64,000 nucleotides of DNA, taken from the NCBI RefSeq assembly GCF_000143415.4, contig NW_003314279.1, positions 620,130 through 684,129 on the forward strand. Reading direction: 5' to 3'. The notes beneath the pieces were generated by a model. That model ran no database searches. It saw only the letters and a list, made by a program, of their open reading frames with translations, and was not told the DNA's origin. Source of the stretch: Selaginella moellendorffii (taxonomy: Eukaryota > Plantae > Lycopodiophyta). Both the position numbers and the translations under genes were made by a program. Below are positions 23,253 through 34,248 of the stretch, one piece after another; position 1 is the stretch's first letter, and each line of letters opens with the position of its first letter.

Positions 23253-24923
23253 ATGCGGCGGCAGCTTCCTCGATACGATCGCTGCGATGAGCCGCTGGAG
23301 CGATCGGTTCCGCGGCTCGAGAGGCGCGAGATCGCCGCAGACAAGGCCACAATCGTCGCTCTCCTCGCCCGATGCATTCAAAACGACGCGCTGTGGATGG
23401 GCAGGCGAGTCCACGCACAGATTTCCAGGGCCGGCCGCGACGGAGAGGCTTTCATCGGCAATCACCTCGTGGAGATGTATGGCAAGTGCGGCAGCATATC
23501 TGGAGCGCACGCTGCGTTCGAGGCCATCACGGCGAGAAATCCACACTCCTGGAATATCATGATCTCAGCATATGCCCAGAACGGGCATCTGGAAGAGGCT
23601 CAAGTGTTGTTTGATGAGATGCCGGAAAAGAATGTTATCTCGTGGAATACAATGCTTGCAGCGCATCTAGGGGTCGGGAATCTCGATCGCGCAACGGCGG
23701 TGTTTCATGCAATGCCCGAAAGAGATTCCATCTCCTGGAACACGCTAATCACCGCATTTGCCGAGGCCGGGCATCTGTACATGGCGAGAAGCTTGCTCGC
23801 CCAAATGCCCGATCGGAGCGTCTCGTCCTGGAACGCGATGATCACAGGCTACGCTCGCAGCGGCGATGGGAGATCCGCCTTGCAGCTCTTCTCCGCCATG
23901 GATCTCGAGGGCCAGCGGGCGAACATCATAACTCTGGTGGTGGCCATTGGCGCTTGCCAAGATGTAGACGCCACGCTCTCCCTCCACTCGAGCCTCGCCG
24001 CCCCGGGCCTCGACTCGGACGCCATCGTTGCGAGCGCGCTCGTCGCCGCCTATGGAAGACACGGCAGCGTAGAGAACGCCCAGCGTTGCTTCGATGGGAT
24101 CACCCGCAAGGACGTGGTTGCATGGACGGTGATCCTCACGGCCTACGCTCAAAACGGCCATGCCCGCGAGGCCCTCCGCGTGTTCCAACACATGAACCTC
24201 GACGGTGCCAAGCCATGCAACGTGACGCTCTTGGCGATCTTCCACGCCTGCGCCAGCGACGCGTCGGCAGCGCCGTTTGGGAGGACGATCCACGCTAGCC
24301 TGGCCGGGACCGGGATGGATCACGATGTCTCGGTTGGCACCGCGCTGGTGGACATGTACGGGAATGCCGGGAGCCTGGAGGAGGCGCGGTCGGCCTTCGC
24401 CAAGATCGCCAGGAAGAGCGTCGTCTCGTGGACTGCGATTATCGCCGCGAATGCCCAGAACGGGCATAGCCGTGAGGCGCTGGAGCTCTTCCGGGAGATG
24501 CTCGTCGAGGGGGTGAAGCTCAACGAGATCACGATGCTGAGCGCGCTTTCGGCGTGTAGCCGCGCGGGGCTCGTGGAAGACGGCCATAGCCTGTTCGCTG
24601 GAGTGGAATCTGACTACCACTTTTCCAGGAACTTGGAGCACTACCAGTGCGCGATCGATCTTCTGGGGCGAGCCGGTCATGTGGAGCTCGCCGCGGAGCT
24701 GATGAGCAGCATGCCTTTCCAGCCGGGATCGGTGGCGAGCGCGACGTTGGTGGCAGCTTGTCACACTCACGGGAATCTGGAGCAGGGGCTGAGAGCTGCC
24801 ACAGGTGGTGGATCATTGATGTCGCCATCACCTGGAGGATCATCCGGACGGGGACCAGGATCATCAGGAGGAGCAGCCGCCGCAGCGGTTTTGATCTCAA
24901 ACATTTACTCCACGAGCTTGTGA
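23253..24923 (+). CDS. PLS-class pentatricopeptide repeat protein with truncated E domain, no DYW
   Basis: Repeated GNHLVEMYGKCG / SWNIMISAYAQNGH motifs; ends EHYQCAIDLLGRAG...MPFQP...LVAACHTHG...VLISNIY; intronless. Confidence 0.95.
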   Translation: MRRQLPRYDRCDEPLERSVPRLERREIAADKATIVALLARCIQNDALWMGRRVHAQISRAGRDGEAFIGNHLVEMYGKCGSISGAHAAFEAITARNPHSWNIMISAYAQNGHLEEAQVLFDEMPEKNVISWNTMLAAHLGVGNLDRATAVFHAMPERDSISWNTLITAFAEAGHLYMARSLLAQMPDRSVSSWNAMITGYARSGDGRSALQLFSAMDLEGQRANIITLVVAIGACQDVDATLSLHSSLAAPGLDSDAIVASALVAAYGRHGSVENAQRCFDGITRKDVVAWTVILTAYAQNGHAREALRVFQHMNLDGAKPCNVTLLAIFHACASDASAAPFGRTIHASLAGTGMDHDVSVGTALVDMYGNAGSLEEARSAFAKIARKSVVSWTAIIAANAQNGHSREALELFREMLVEGVKLNEITMLSALSACSRAGLVEDGHSLFAGVESDYHFSRNLEHYQCAIDLLGRAGHVELAAELMSSMPFQPGSVASATLVAACHTHGNLEQGLRAATGGGSLMSPSPGGSSGRGPGSSGGAAAAAVLISNIYSTSL

Positions 24924-25427
24924 GCGAGTGAGCGAGTGACGCATCGCTGCGCTGACCCTGACTCTTTGCGAGTAAATGCGAGTCACGGATGGAGGAGAGG
25001 AGCATTCATCGCGGTGGTTCCGGGACGCGGTTTCATCATCATCTTGTCCAAATCTGTAAATCTTCCACAAAAAAATATCCATGCCAAAGTACACCACCTT
25101 TTTGTCTCTCAACGCTCGCTCTATCTATCTAGCTATACAGACATTGATTGCTCGAAAACAAGAAAGAGAGCAAGGAATTTGACATCACCACCACACCACC
25201 AGGCAACGATGGTATGGAAGAAAAAAGGAGAGAAAGAAAGAAGAATAACAAAAGCTTGGAGAAAGAAAGAGGAAGAGCTTTCCAGTCGATCGCTCGATCG
25301 ATCGATCTTGTTCTTCCCAATTGGGTCCTCTGGCTTCTCCATCCAATCCAAGCACTCACCAGTTCCAATTCCGCTCGCTCAAACCTCGCTTTTGCTCGAT
25401 AGAAAACGGGAAAGAAAGCCCAATCCA

Positions 25428-26900
25428 TCAATGAGCGACGCATTCTGTGCGCGCGAATCCAATGCGCGCGCTCGCGCGATCAAACTCGACGTGGTAGCCC
25501 TGCTGCATGAGATTCCCCAGCACATTAAACGCGAAGGGCGAGAGCGTGGGCCGGATGGCCAGGCACTTGACATCGTCGGCCACATCCACTAAGTAGTTAC
25601 CAGTCGGGAGTTCGAGACTCAGCCCCTGCGCAAAGTCAATGGTGAGACGTGGAAACCCCCCATTGGCGGGGGCTGAGGAAGACGAGGAAGAAACGTTATA
25701 GCATAGTTCCAGGCCTTGGAAGAAGGTGGCCGAGGATGGAATCCGCGGGAGATGGACGCTGGCGGCGAAGGCACTGACCAGGTGGAGGTACGCGCCCAGC
25801 CGGAGATACGTGAGCGTGGAGCCCGAGTCGATGACGGTACCGCCATTGCCCAGCACGTCGATCGCCCACTCGCTGCCCGGCACCGGCAGCACGCGGTTGC
25901 CCACCCGGATCGCCACCACGCCCACGTAGTAGAAGGTGGGCGCCAGTGGATTGCTCACCAGTGGCGTGTAGGCGAATGCCGCGCGCCTCTCGGGCCGGCC
26001 CAGGAAGAGGAAGCTGGAGCTCCGCCCCCGACGCCCGCCCTCGAGATCGAGCAGGCAGTAGGAGAACGTCTGCGCGAAGAGCGATCCCGACTGGGCGGGG
26101 AAGGAGAGCTGCCCCTGGCCCAGCCCGATCACGCCGCCGGTGCCCGAGAAGCTGCCGCCCTGGTTGCGCGTGCCACAGCCAAACGCGACGCCGCGCACCG
26201 CCGCGCCGCCCGAGGTGCCGTTGCTGATGGTGGCGGTGTCGCGGGCGAGGAAGCCGGTGGTGGAGGAGCCGTCGGCGTAGTCGTAGGCGTAGCCGCACGG
26301 TACCGGCGCCGCCGGGCTGCACGCCGGGCCGTGTCCGCGCGGTGCCGGCACGAGCAGGCACTGTGCCGCGCTGCACGGCACCACGGACAGCGTGGCCGAC
26401 TTGCTCGCTACGAACGCTGGCCTCCTCGAGCAGGCCTTCTTCGGGCAGAAGGCCGGCGGCGCCGCGGTGGTGGAGCACTGGAGCCAGATGAGATCGCTGC
26501 CTGTGTCGGCGATGAGGAGGACCTCCTGTGGCGGCGTTCCAAACGCCATGCTCACCAGGTACTGGCCGAGGCCCAGGAACGCGCCCGACTCCATCGGGCT
26601 CTCGGCCCAGAAGGAGGTGGTGGTGGCGAGCTTGGAGGAGCCGGAGGTGGAAGAAGCTCCTGCTGCTACTCCTCGTCTTCGTCGATCCAGGAGGTAATGC
26701 TGCCTGGCGCTGTCCATGCCGATGAGCAGCTGGAGCCTCTGGGCGTCGCTGAGCGTGTCGTTGTAGAGTGGCGATTGCTGCGAGTAGAGGACGTGGATGA
26801 GCTCGAGCTTGGTAGCTCCCGCTCCTCCTGCTAGCAGTGAAAGAGTGAGCACCACCAGCGAGAATGCCATCACCAGGAGGAGCGCTCTCGTCCTGTCCAT
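25428..26900 (-). CDS. Secreted aspartic protease, nepenthesin/CND41-like (A1B), intronless
   Basis: Signal peptide; GQYLVSMAFGTPPQ, catalytic DTGSDLIWLQC and IDSGST, FSYCL, VLGNLMQQ, IGFARTEC. Confidence 0.96.
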   Translation of the reverse strand: MDRTRALLLVMAFSLVVLTLSLLAGGAGATKLELIHVLYSQQSPLYNDTLSDAQRLQLLIGMDSARQHYLLDRRRRGVAAGASSTSGSSKLATTTSFWAESPMESGAFLGLGQYLVSMAFGTPPQEVLLIADTGSDLIWLQCSTTAAPPAFCPKKACSRRPAFVASKSATLSVVPCSAAQCLLVPAPRGHGPACSPAAPVPCGYAYDYADGSSTTGFLARDTATISNGTSGGAAVRGVAFGCGTRNQGGSFSGTGGVIGLGQGQLSFPAQSGSLFAQTFSYCLLDLEGGRRGRSSSFLFLGRPERRAAFAYTPLVSNPLAPTFYYVGVVAIRVGNRVLPVPGSEWAIDVLGNGGTVIDSGSTLTYLRLGAYLHLVSAFAASVHLPRIPSSATFFQGLELCYNVSSSSSSAPANGGFPRLTIDFAQGLSLELPTGNYLVDVADDVKCLAIRPTLSPFAFNVLGNLMQQGYHVEFDRASARIGFARTECVAH

Positions 26901-29099
26901 GGTTACTCGTCGCTCGCTGCCTCGTCCCTGTTGGGCCTAGCTAGCTCTTCTTCCCGGCCTTGCTCTGGAAAGACGAGAGAAGGATCTTGTAAGACATGGA
27001 AGATCTCCAGAGCTCTACCAGAGGGAAGCAAGCGAGCAAGAGAGGAAGCAAGCAAATTGACGCATACAAACAACAAACAACGCTAGCCAGAGCCAGAGCC
27101 GAGCTAAAAGAACAACGACTTTAAAAACATATATACCACCACAGAGGCATACGGAAGGAGATGTCCTTTGCTGTACTGGCGACAGGTTGTTCGACTCACA
27201 CGCCTCGGCGCAAAGTTTTTACTCTCGGCGCTCTCTCGGTGGTGGTCATCGTCGCTTCGCCTGCTTGCAAAAGCTGTGGGCGTTAGAAGTTAATGAGATC
27301 TTGTTGTCAAGCGTCTTTCCAGCCAGCGAAAACGAAGCAGCAGACAGCATGCAGCGATGAAAATTCAAGAGCAAACTTGGAAAACCATCAGGACGAGACC
27401 AGACCAGAAGCAGACCAGCTACGACGAGAGGAATTTCCACAAAGTAAATGACAGACTTAAGTAGCTGGAATGAATGAAACCGCTCTCTCTCTGTCGCTCT
27501 CGCTCCCACTAAATCTCTCCGAGAGAGGTGGAGGAGGAGGCGTAGCATAATGAGTAAGTCCTGAGTGCCTCTCTGCTTCAGCAGCGTAAATGTATGGTGC
27601 CTGCGCTCACAGAGTGAAAGGAGGAAAAGAAATAAAATCAGGAGGAAGAAGTGAAAGAAATTCCTCACGGTCTCTTTTCTCCTCTCGAGCCTGCGAGACT
27701 GTCACTGCTGTGCGCTGCTGCTGCTGCTGCTTTGGAGAGATTATTGTACGTATAGCGACGCACCGGACAATGGGATAGAGTTGGACTCGAGCGAGGCAGG
27801 CAGGCAGGCACGGAGCGAGGAAGAGGGACGGCCTCTCCCACCTAGCTGGCAAGACACACGCAAAAGACTGCCGGATTAGCGCAGAGATAGATATCCGAAG
27901 CGGCACTCTCTTTCGCACAAGGGACAGCCAGCAGCGCCATGAGTCTGGCTGGCCTGGCCTGGCTTGGCCCTTGTTGGACTTGTGCCTGCGCGAAGAAAAC
28001 AGCAAGCAAAAACATCAAAGCTGCTCTCCAAATGAAACATCTCAAAAATCAAAGGAAAAAAAAAAGATGTCTTGGTTACCTTTGCAATGCATTGCGGCCC
28101 ACGAACTCCGTTGTTAATAATTGTCACATGCAAGCGCTGTCTTCCACTCTCTCCTTGTGGTCAGGCATAACAAAGGCTTTTGAGCGAGAAGCGGCTGGCC
28201 GATTAGATTGGCTGGGCAAATCTAAGGCGACAAGAAAGCCTGCTGCAAATGTGTGTTCAACGCATCTGTTAGTGTCATAAAGAGAAAACTCGCGAGCGAA
28301 CCTGGTGCTTGGCATGCGCGCCGTGTCAGATTGTTGGCTCCGAACATGTGGTTCCAAGCGAGAAATAAGCTGCCATGTATCACGTACAAGCTTCTTGATC
28401 CAGGTGTATATACACTACATAAACCAAACTATCAGAGAGCTTCCAAGGCAACGGAAAAGGGAACTGCTTTCATCGGAGAAGGATTAGAGTGCATTACGCG
28501 CTGCAATTCGGATGTCACAGCCTTTGGATATTGATTCCAGCTCAAGCTTGACATGCTTCAAAGAGAGAAAGTCAGTGAGAATCTAGAAATGCTATGAACC
28601 AAAGAAGAAAGTGCAATGAACCTATTTAGATAACCACCTAATAAACACCAAATAACCCTTTTTCCATTTGTGGTTAGAAAATTTAAGTGGTTCATGTTAA
28701 GTAAGATTAAATATTATTTCAATGATTTTATTATAATCACATAAATATATTTTTATATTAAAACTAAACTTAACAAAAGTATACTAATTAAAATCACAAA
28801 TAATTTAAGTGGATTGAAGGTCATATCTATATTTTAGTATGTTTATTAGATTTAATAGTGGAACTTATATTGTTAAAAAAAACTGTTCTCATTAAAAAAT
28901 TGTATAACTTATATTTCTTCTTATATTAGTAAAGTTTATTAGTAAAAAACAACTCTGTGCATAAATATATCTATTATGGTTATATAAGTGACATTTATTA
29001 TGTAATTCATAGTTTGTAATTTCAATTTTAAATTCAATTTACAGAGGGTTTTAAAAGTATATGAAGGATAGTGAGGCTAAGAATATAGTTTTGAAAAAA

Positions 29100-29560
29100 C
29101 TTTTTAGTGGTGCTTCCAAAAAACTTTAGGGTTGGGAGTAGGGATTAGTAACCTTAAGTAGCCAACAGGCTTTTTAAGAAAGTTCTTAAAGAATAATTCC
29201 CATTCCCAAAAGGGAAATAAACTATGGTATACCGCATCCATTCCTAAAGGTTTAGGCCTTTCCTTTGGGATGGAAATGGGTATCCATACCAGGCTGTCAA
29301 GCTAATCTAACCTCTTTTACTTTGGCATTAGGTAATTATATTGCTAAGGTTCTTACTTAATGTACTAACTCTTTTTTTTTCCTGGGGTTTAACTATGCAT
29401 TACATAAATAATGGGGTGTTAACTATTTCTTCATAAATTCCCAAACTCTCTCTTAAACCTAAGCTAAACTTAAGGTTTGGTTATGTTCCTCACAGGTACA
29501 AACAACCAAACACATGGAACTTCTAAATTCATAACATCCCTTAGTACAATTAAATTTATT
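29100..29560. mobile_element. Decayed AT-shifted fragments of the chromovirus LTR family, in both orientations
   Basis: 29243-29290 resembles the reverse complement of LTR CATCCCGAAGGGAAGGCCCAAGCCCCTAGG; 29435-29550 resembles LTR TTCCCAAATCTC..CTTAAGGTTCGGCTAC..CACAGGCACAAGCAGCCAAGCACA with C>T and G>A changes. Confidence 0.65.
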
Positions 29561-29804
29561 TATAGGATTCTGTTAATCCTTAGGTGCACCTCCTAATTTA
29601 GGACCTTAGGAAGAAACACTATAAGTTATTTAAAAGTTTATAACAAATAAATTTAATATTAAATTATGAAAAAATATGCCAAGATTTGGGTCCTAATATG
29701 TCAAATATAAACCATAGGTTTTCCTTTTATAATTTACCAATTTATGGTGTTTCCTCCTAAGGTCCTAGATAGCTTATAGTGTTTCCTTCTTCCTTCTAAA
29801 GTCC

Positions 29805-29810
<6 letters not shown>

Positions 29811-29844
<34 letters not shown>
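29811..29844. repeat. (TA)n microsatellite
   Basis: About 16 consecutive TA units. Confidence 0.9.
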
Positions 29845-29849
<5 letters not shown>

Positions 29850-31804
29850 ATTTTTATATCTTTAAATGATTATATATACTCTTCTATTTTAAATATAATA
29901 TATTTCAAAATAAATTTAAAATTGTGAGGTCCAAGTGTACAGCAACAATGCTATATACTAATATTAGCATAATGGGACTATCAAATTGGTTTCAATCCAA
30001 ACCACTCATTCTTGTATAAATACATTTCTATATTCTATTTATGCACTCACATTGGTGGAGATGAGAGGCAACTTTGATTGTCCCTGAAAAGTGTTTGGAT
30101 TTAGGATTTTGATTTAGATCTAGCTTTTACGTTGTCTAAATCTACTTTTTCTTATAGCTTTTTCAAATTTATTCTCTTTTATTTTTTTCTTTTCGTTTAT
30201 CTTCATGGCAAAGCACTAACCTCCTCCTCCTTTGACTTTGGAGTAGCAGTTGGTGCATTTTCTTAATGTTATATGGTTACAGTTAAGCAATCAAACTCAA
30301 TTGATGGTAGCATTTATAGCATATGGTACAGCTCCTCTTACTCTTAGTGCCAATCTTCACGTCCGGCTGGAGTTCTTCCATGGGAGTCTTGGGGATGATG
30401 TGTACTATTGATCACTTTATGGTGATTGCCATATATTATTCTCAGGATGATGCTTAGTGTTTGCATGGGTTTCCCATGTATCTCCAACAATGATATAATG
30501 GTTTGAGTGCAACCAGTCGTGAGAATTGGAGCATTCTCTTGGATGCCTTTAAATGAGCATTTGGATATGATAACGATTGTGATGATACCTTTCAACAATT
30601 GCATCTTTTTTATCAAGGGCCATTTGAGTCAGTGATGCAATTTGACATTCGTTTCCGAAGCCTTTTGCTTTGTATGGAGCTAAATATGTCAAAGTGGATC
30701 AAGTTAGGAATGTTGTGGCCAGCACTATATTAAAATTTTGTAAGACTTGTGTATACACTTGCTTTAGCCACCCTTAACTTTCTGTAGGAGATAATCTTGT
30801 TGTAATAGAGGTTGATGCTGTGTCACAAATGTGACTTCGGGTATCAAAAGATACTTATTAGCTAGTCCTTACAGACATTCTCTCTTTAATGCCATAATGG
30901 CAGGAAATTAGTATTGCTAGTTCCCTTTATTAGCCCTTTTTATTTAAGTGTTAGTAAACTAGACTTAGCATTTGTACTTGGCCGGATGAGTATAAAGAAT
31001 GAATTCCTAAGTGTCTATTTAGTTAAACATACTTAGCCCGTCTTGTTAATTCTTTTTTACTCTATCTTGCATTGACTTGGTAAAAACCCTTGCATATTGA
31101 GCATACTCTCTCAATATCATTACATGATAGTTTACCATGCTTGCCAAACACCCTCGTTATCATGCCCTTTGTGTTAGTCTCATTTCAGTCCCAAATGTTA
31201 TTTATGAAAAGTGTCTAAATTTACTCATTTGGCATATCTACAGAATATAAAGATTGTTTTGAACACAATGGTGTTTATCCTGTGTCTAAATTCATAATCT
31301 AAGGACATTCTATATTTAGTAAGTTTCGAGTTTGTCCCATAGACGAACTCCTAGTATTAAGGGAGGCTTGGGGTGAAAGCCCAAAGCGTGTGTTCCTCAA
31401 AGGGGGGAGGGGGGGAGGGGGGGAGGCTATAAAGGGTTCCCAATATATAATAAGGATAGTGGTTAGAATCCATGTGTGACCATCTGAGACATTAGTTTGG
31501 CTCCTACTAGGCTGTGTTGCTCCTTGTTCTACGTCCGGCTTGGGTTTAAGCCCAAGCTCTATATTGCTTTAGTCAGTGGGGTACCTTCTGTGTTAGGCCA
31601 CCGGTATGCCAAAATTGTGCTAGACACCGTTTGACACCATTTTGCATGCAAGTGTTGGATATAGGGAGCTAGTGCTCGTGAGATCCTCGTTTCGTAACCA
31701 ACGGGCTTGGAGTTCAACTCCAAATTCAAGTGCGCTACATATTGCTATTGTTGAGTTCAAGGACAAAGTTGAAGACATGGTCGTGGCCGTGGCTGTGATG
31801 TCCG

Positions 31805-32950
31805 TGTAAGCCACAAATTTTTCCTTTCTAATTTGCCAGCTTACCTCGTCTATTCGACCAACACTGCCTTGGCTTGTGCTAAGTTCCCTCGCCAAAGTTC
31901 TCGCCTATTGTACCAGCTCCTACTTGGTCCTACTTGGTTTCAGCTACTCACTGCACGAGCAATGGAGCGTTAGCCTTCCATCCACGGATTCCCAAATCTC
32001 TCCCAATCCCCCTCCCCAGGTTAGACTGGACTTAAGGTTCGGCTACACTCCCCACAGGCACAAGCAGCCAAGCACACCAAGCCTCCAGGTTCTTAACACC
32101 CCTTGGTACAACAAGACTTGATCATGGGACCCTCTAAATCCCAAGCCTTGGGTGCAACACTTGCTTCGGGACATTGGGGCGAAACACCGTGGCCTAACGT
32201 CCCAGTATGGGTACCTCTACCCCCGACTTCCATCCCGAAGGGAAGGCCCAAGCCCCTAGGAAGGGTGAGGACCAATGAGCCACAAGGTACTCAAGTGGGG
32301 CACCACTCCACATGAGCCAAGAGCATCGCAGTCGATTTCCCTTTCGGGAGTGGGAGCTGCTCTTGAGCACTTCCCTGGGTGGCCCCTTCGGCACCACCCA
32401 AGCCCATGCTCACTCCCACCCAAGGCCCCTCGGCCCCAGTCTCAACCTCAAGTCAGTTTGGAAGCACCACTGGAGAGTTCCTTCAAGACTGATTCCTAGA
32501 CCTCATTATCCCTACTATACTTTTGGAACCCCCTGCAGCCGCCCCCCCCCCCGGGAGATGCATGCTTTGGGCTTTCACCCCTTGACTTGTATTAGTATTT
32601 GGACTTAGTCTCAGATTCGATCTCGGACCTAACTTCGGATTCGGTCTCGGACTCGATCTTGGACTCGATCTTGGACCCGATCTCGGACTCGACTTCGGAC
32701 TCGACCTCAGACTCGGTCTCGGACCCGATTTGGATCTTGGACTCCATCTCAAACTCGGTCTCGAACTCGGTCTCGATCTCGGTCTCCGATTCAGCCTCGG
32801 CTCGATCCTAGACTCTATCTCGAACTCGGTCTCAGAGTCGGTCTTGGACTCGATCTTCGACTCGGTCCCATCCGATGAACTCTTTGTCATTTTGGTCAAG
32901 CTTTTGGGGATCCTTTAGCCTACGACATCTCGGGGAGTTGGTTCCTTACA
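31805..32950 (-). repeat. 3' LTR (1146 bp) with internal degenerate hexamer array (~32600-32870)
   Basis: Near-identical to 35955-37105; CTCGGA/CTCGAT-type repeats. Confidence 0.96.
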
Positions 32951-33419
32951 ACTCCACCACCCATAGAAGAAGTTCGATGCCCATATCGAACGTCTCTTTT
33001 TATCCTACGACTTGTTGGCCATGTCTCCGGGGGCATCCCCCCACTTAGCGGTGTGCCTAAGTTAGCCTCCCCGGCCAAGAGCCCATGACAAAGGAATATA
33101 GGTGTCCCTATACCCCTCACCTCACCACGCCCTAGTATGGGGTCGGGACTTGAACCCAGCCTTGCTTTACTAGGGGGTTGGGACTCGAACCCAACCTCCG
33201 TAAAATACGTTTAGGGATTCGACATCCTCATGGGGAGTTGGGCATAGTGCCCTACGCTTGGTCGACCTAGCAAACCTATGCTAATTAGCTTACCTTCGGC
33301 GTGCCTTCGGGTCCCAACATATGCCACTTGCTCAACTTTGCAAATTGATATTTTTAATTGAACTTTGCATAAGTACATAGAGTTTTGCCTTGCAAAAATT
33401 CCTCCACTAGATCTTACGC

Positions 33420-34090
33420 GTTCGCTAGGTTCTCCTCCGGTTCCTATGTTGCTTCGCAGTGTGGAAATCCTTTCCACTTCACATGGAACTCTCTCACCTC
33501 GCGTCCTTGTCGCTTGCTCTTGCGCGCATTGAGGATGGCCTTGACTTCGTATTCCTCTTTCCCTTGGATAACCTCAAGTAAAGGTCTTACTTGGTCCTTG
33601 CGAAGCAGATCCTCAAAGTACGGCTTGAGTAAGTTCATGTGGAACACTGGGTGCATCTTCCCCATCTCTCAAGGAAGTCGGAGTTGGTAAGCCACTTTAC
33701 CGATTCGTGCCTCAATCTCGTAAGGCCCCGCGAACCTGCTTAAGGAATTCAAGATCAATTCATTTATAGGAATACATGCATTTTTGCCTTTGGGTCAACT
33801 TCCGGCTAATTCCACTTGGTAGCCTGAGGTTCTTGGTGTTCAGCCACACGTTCTCCCCAGCTTGGAACTCTTTTGGTTCGCGTACTTGGTTTGCCTAACC
33901 TAACATACCCTTTGTCCACCAACTCCTCTAGTTGGCACTTGAGCTCCTTGAGTTCTTTTTTGTTCAAACAATAGGGGGGACGAACCACTGCCTCAGCACT
34001 CTCAACCAGCTCAATCTTATGTTCTATCGGTCGTGCGGGGGGCAACCCCGCCGGTAGCTCCTCCGGGATGGTATCCTAGAATTGGTCTAA
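33420..34090 (-). pseudogene. pol remnant: RT N-terminal start fused to integrase C-terminus (GPY/F) and chromodomain
   Basis: LPPARPIEHKIEL..PPY..ELKCQLEELVDKGYVR jumps directly to TKYANQK..EFQAGENVWL..KLTQR|FAGPYEI..HPVFHMNLLKPY..EYEVKAIL..FHVKWKGFPHCEAT. Confidence 0.9.
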
Positions 34091-34248
34091 CACCCACTGG
34101 ATCACTAAAGGTACTTCTTCCGTTTATGTCTTTTTGTCACTCTTCACCGAGAGTAAGCACAAAAATGTTGCCTTAGTTCCTTTAGTGAGTTGTCCCCTCG
34201 TAGACACAAGGTTTAAGCAGGAATCTTTGGCCTTGCTTTGCCCTACCT

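Noticed and set aside
20433-26834. Long antisense ORFs over MTPSL, RNase H, PPR and aspartic protease genes (up to 372 aa)
   Set aside because: Shadow ORFs from high GC3; no domain motifs.
19000-27000. Terpene biosynthetic gene cluster around MTPSL
   Set aside because: No P450, prenyltransferase or other tailoring enzymes adjacent.
29599-29767. 26-bp imperfect inverted repeat, possible MITE
   Set aside because: Ends and TSD cannot be defined in the decayed AT-rich context.
31400-31426. G-run (GGGGGGA)n, possible G-quadruplex or PPT
   Set aside because: Probably a remnant polypurine tract of another nested fragment; no LTR follows clearly.
32483-32918. Ser/Arg/Pro- and Ser/Asp-repeat ORFs (also 36645-37033)
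   Set aside because: Translations of the LTR hexamer array.
33139-33199. tRNA gene
   Set aside because: Only T-arm-like hairpins; no acceptor, D or anticodon arms.
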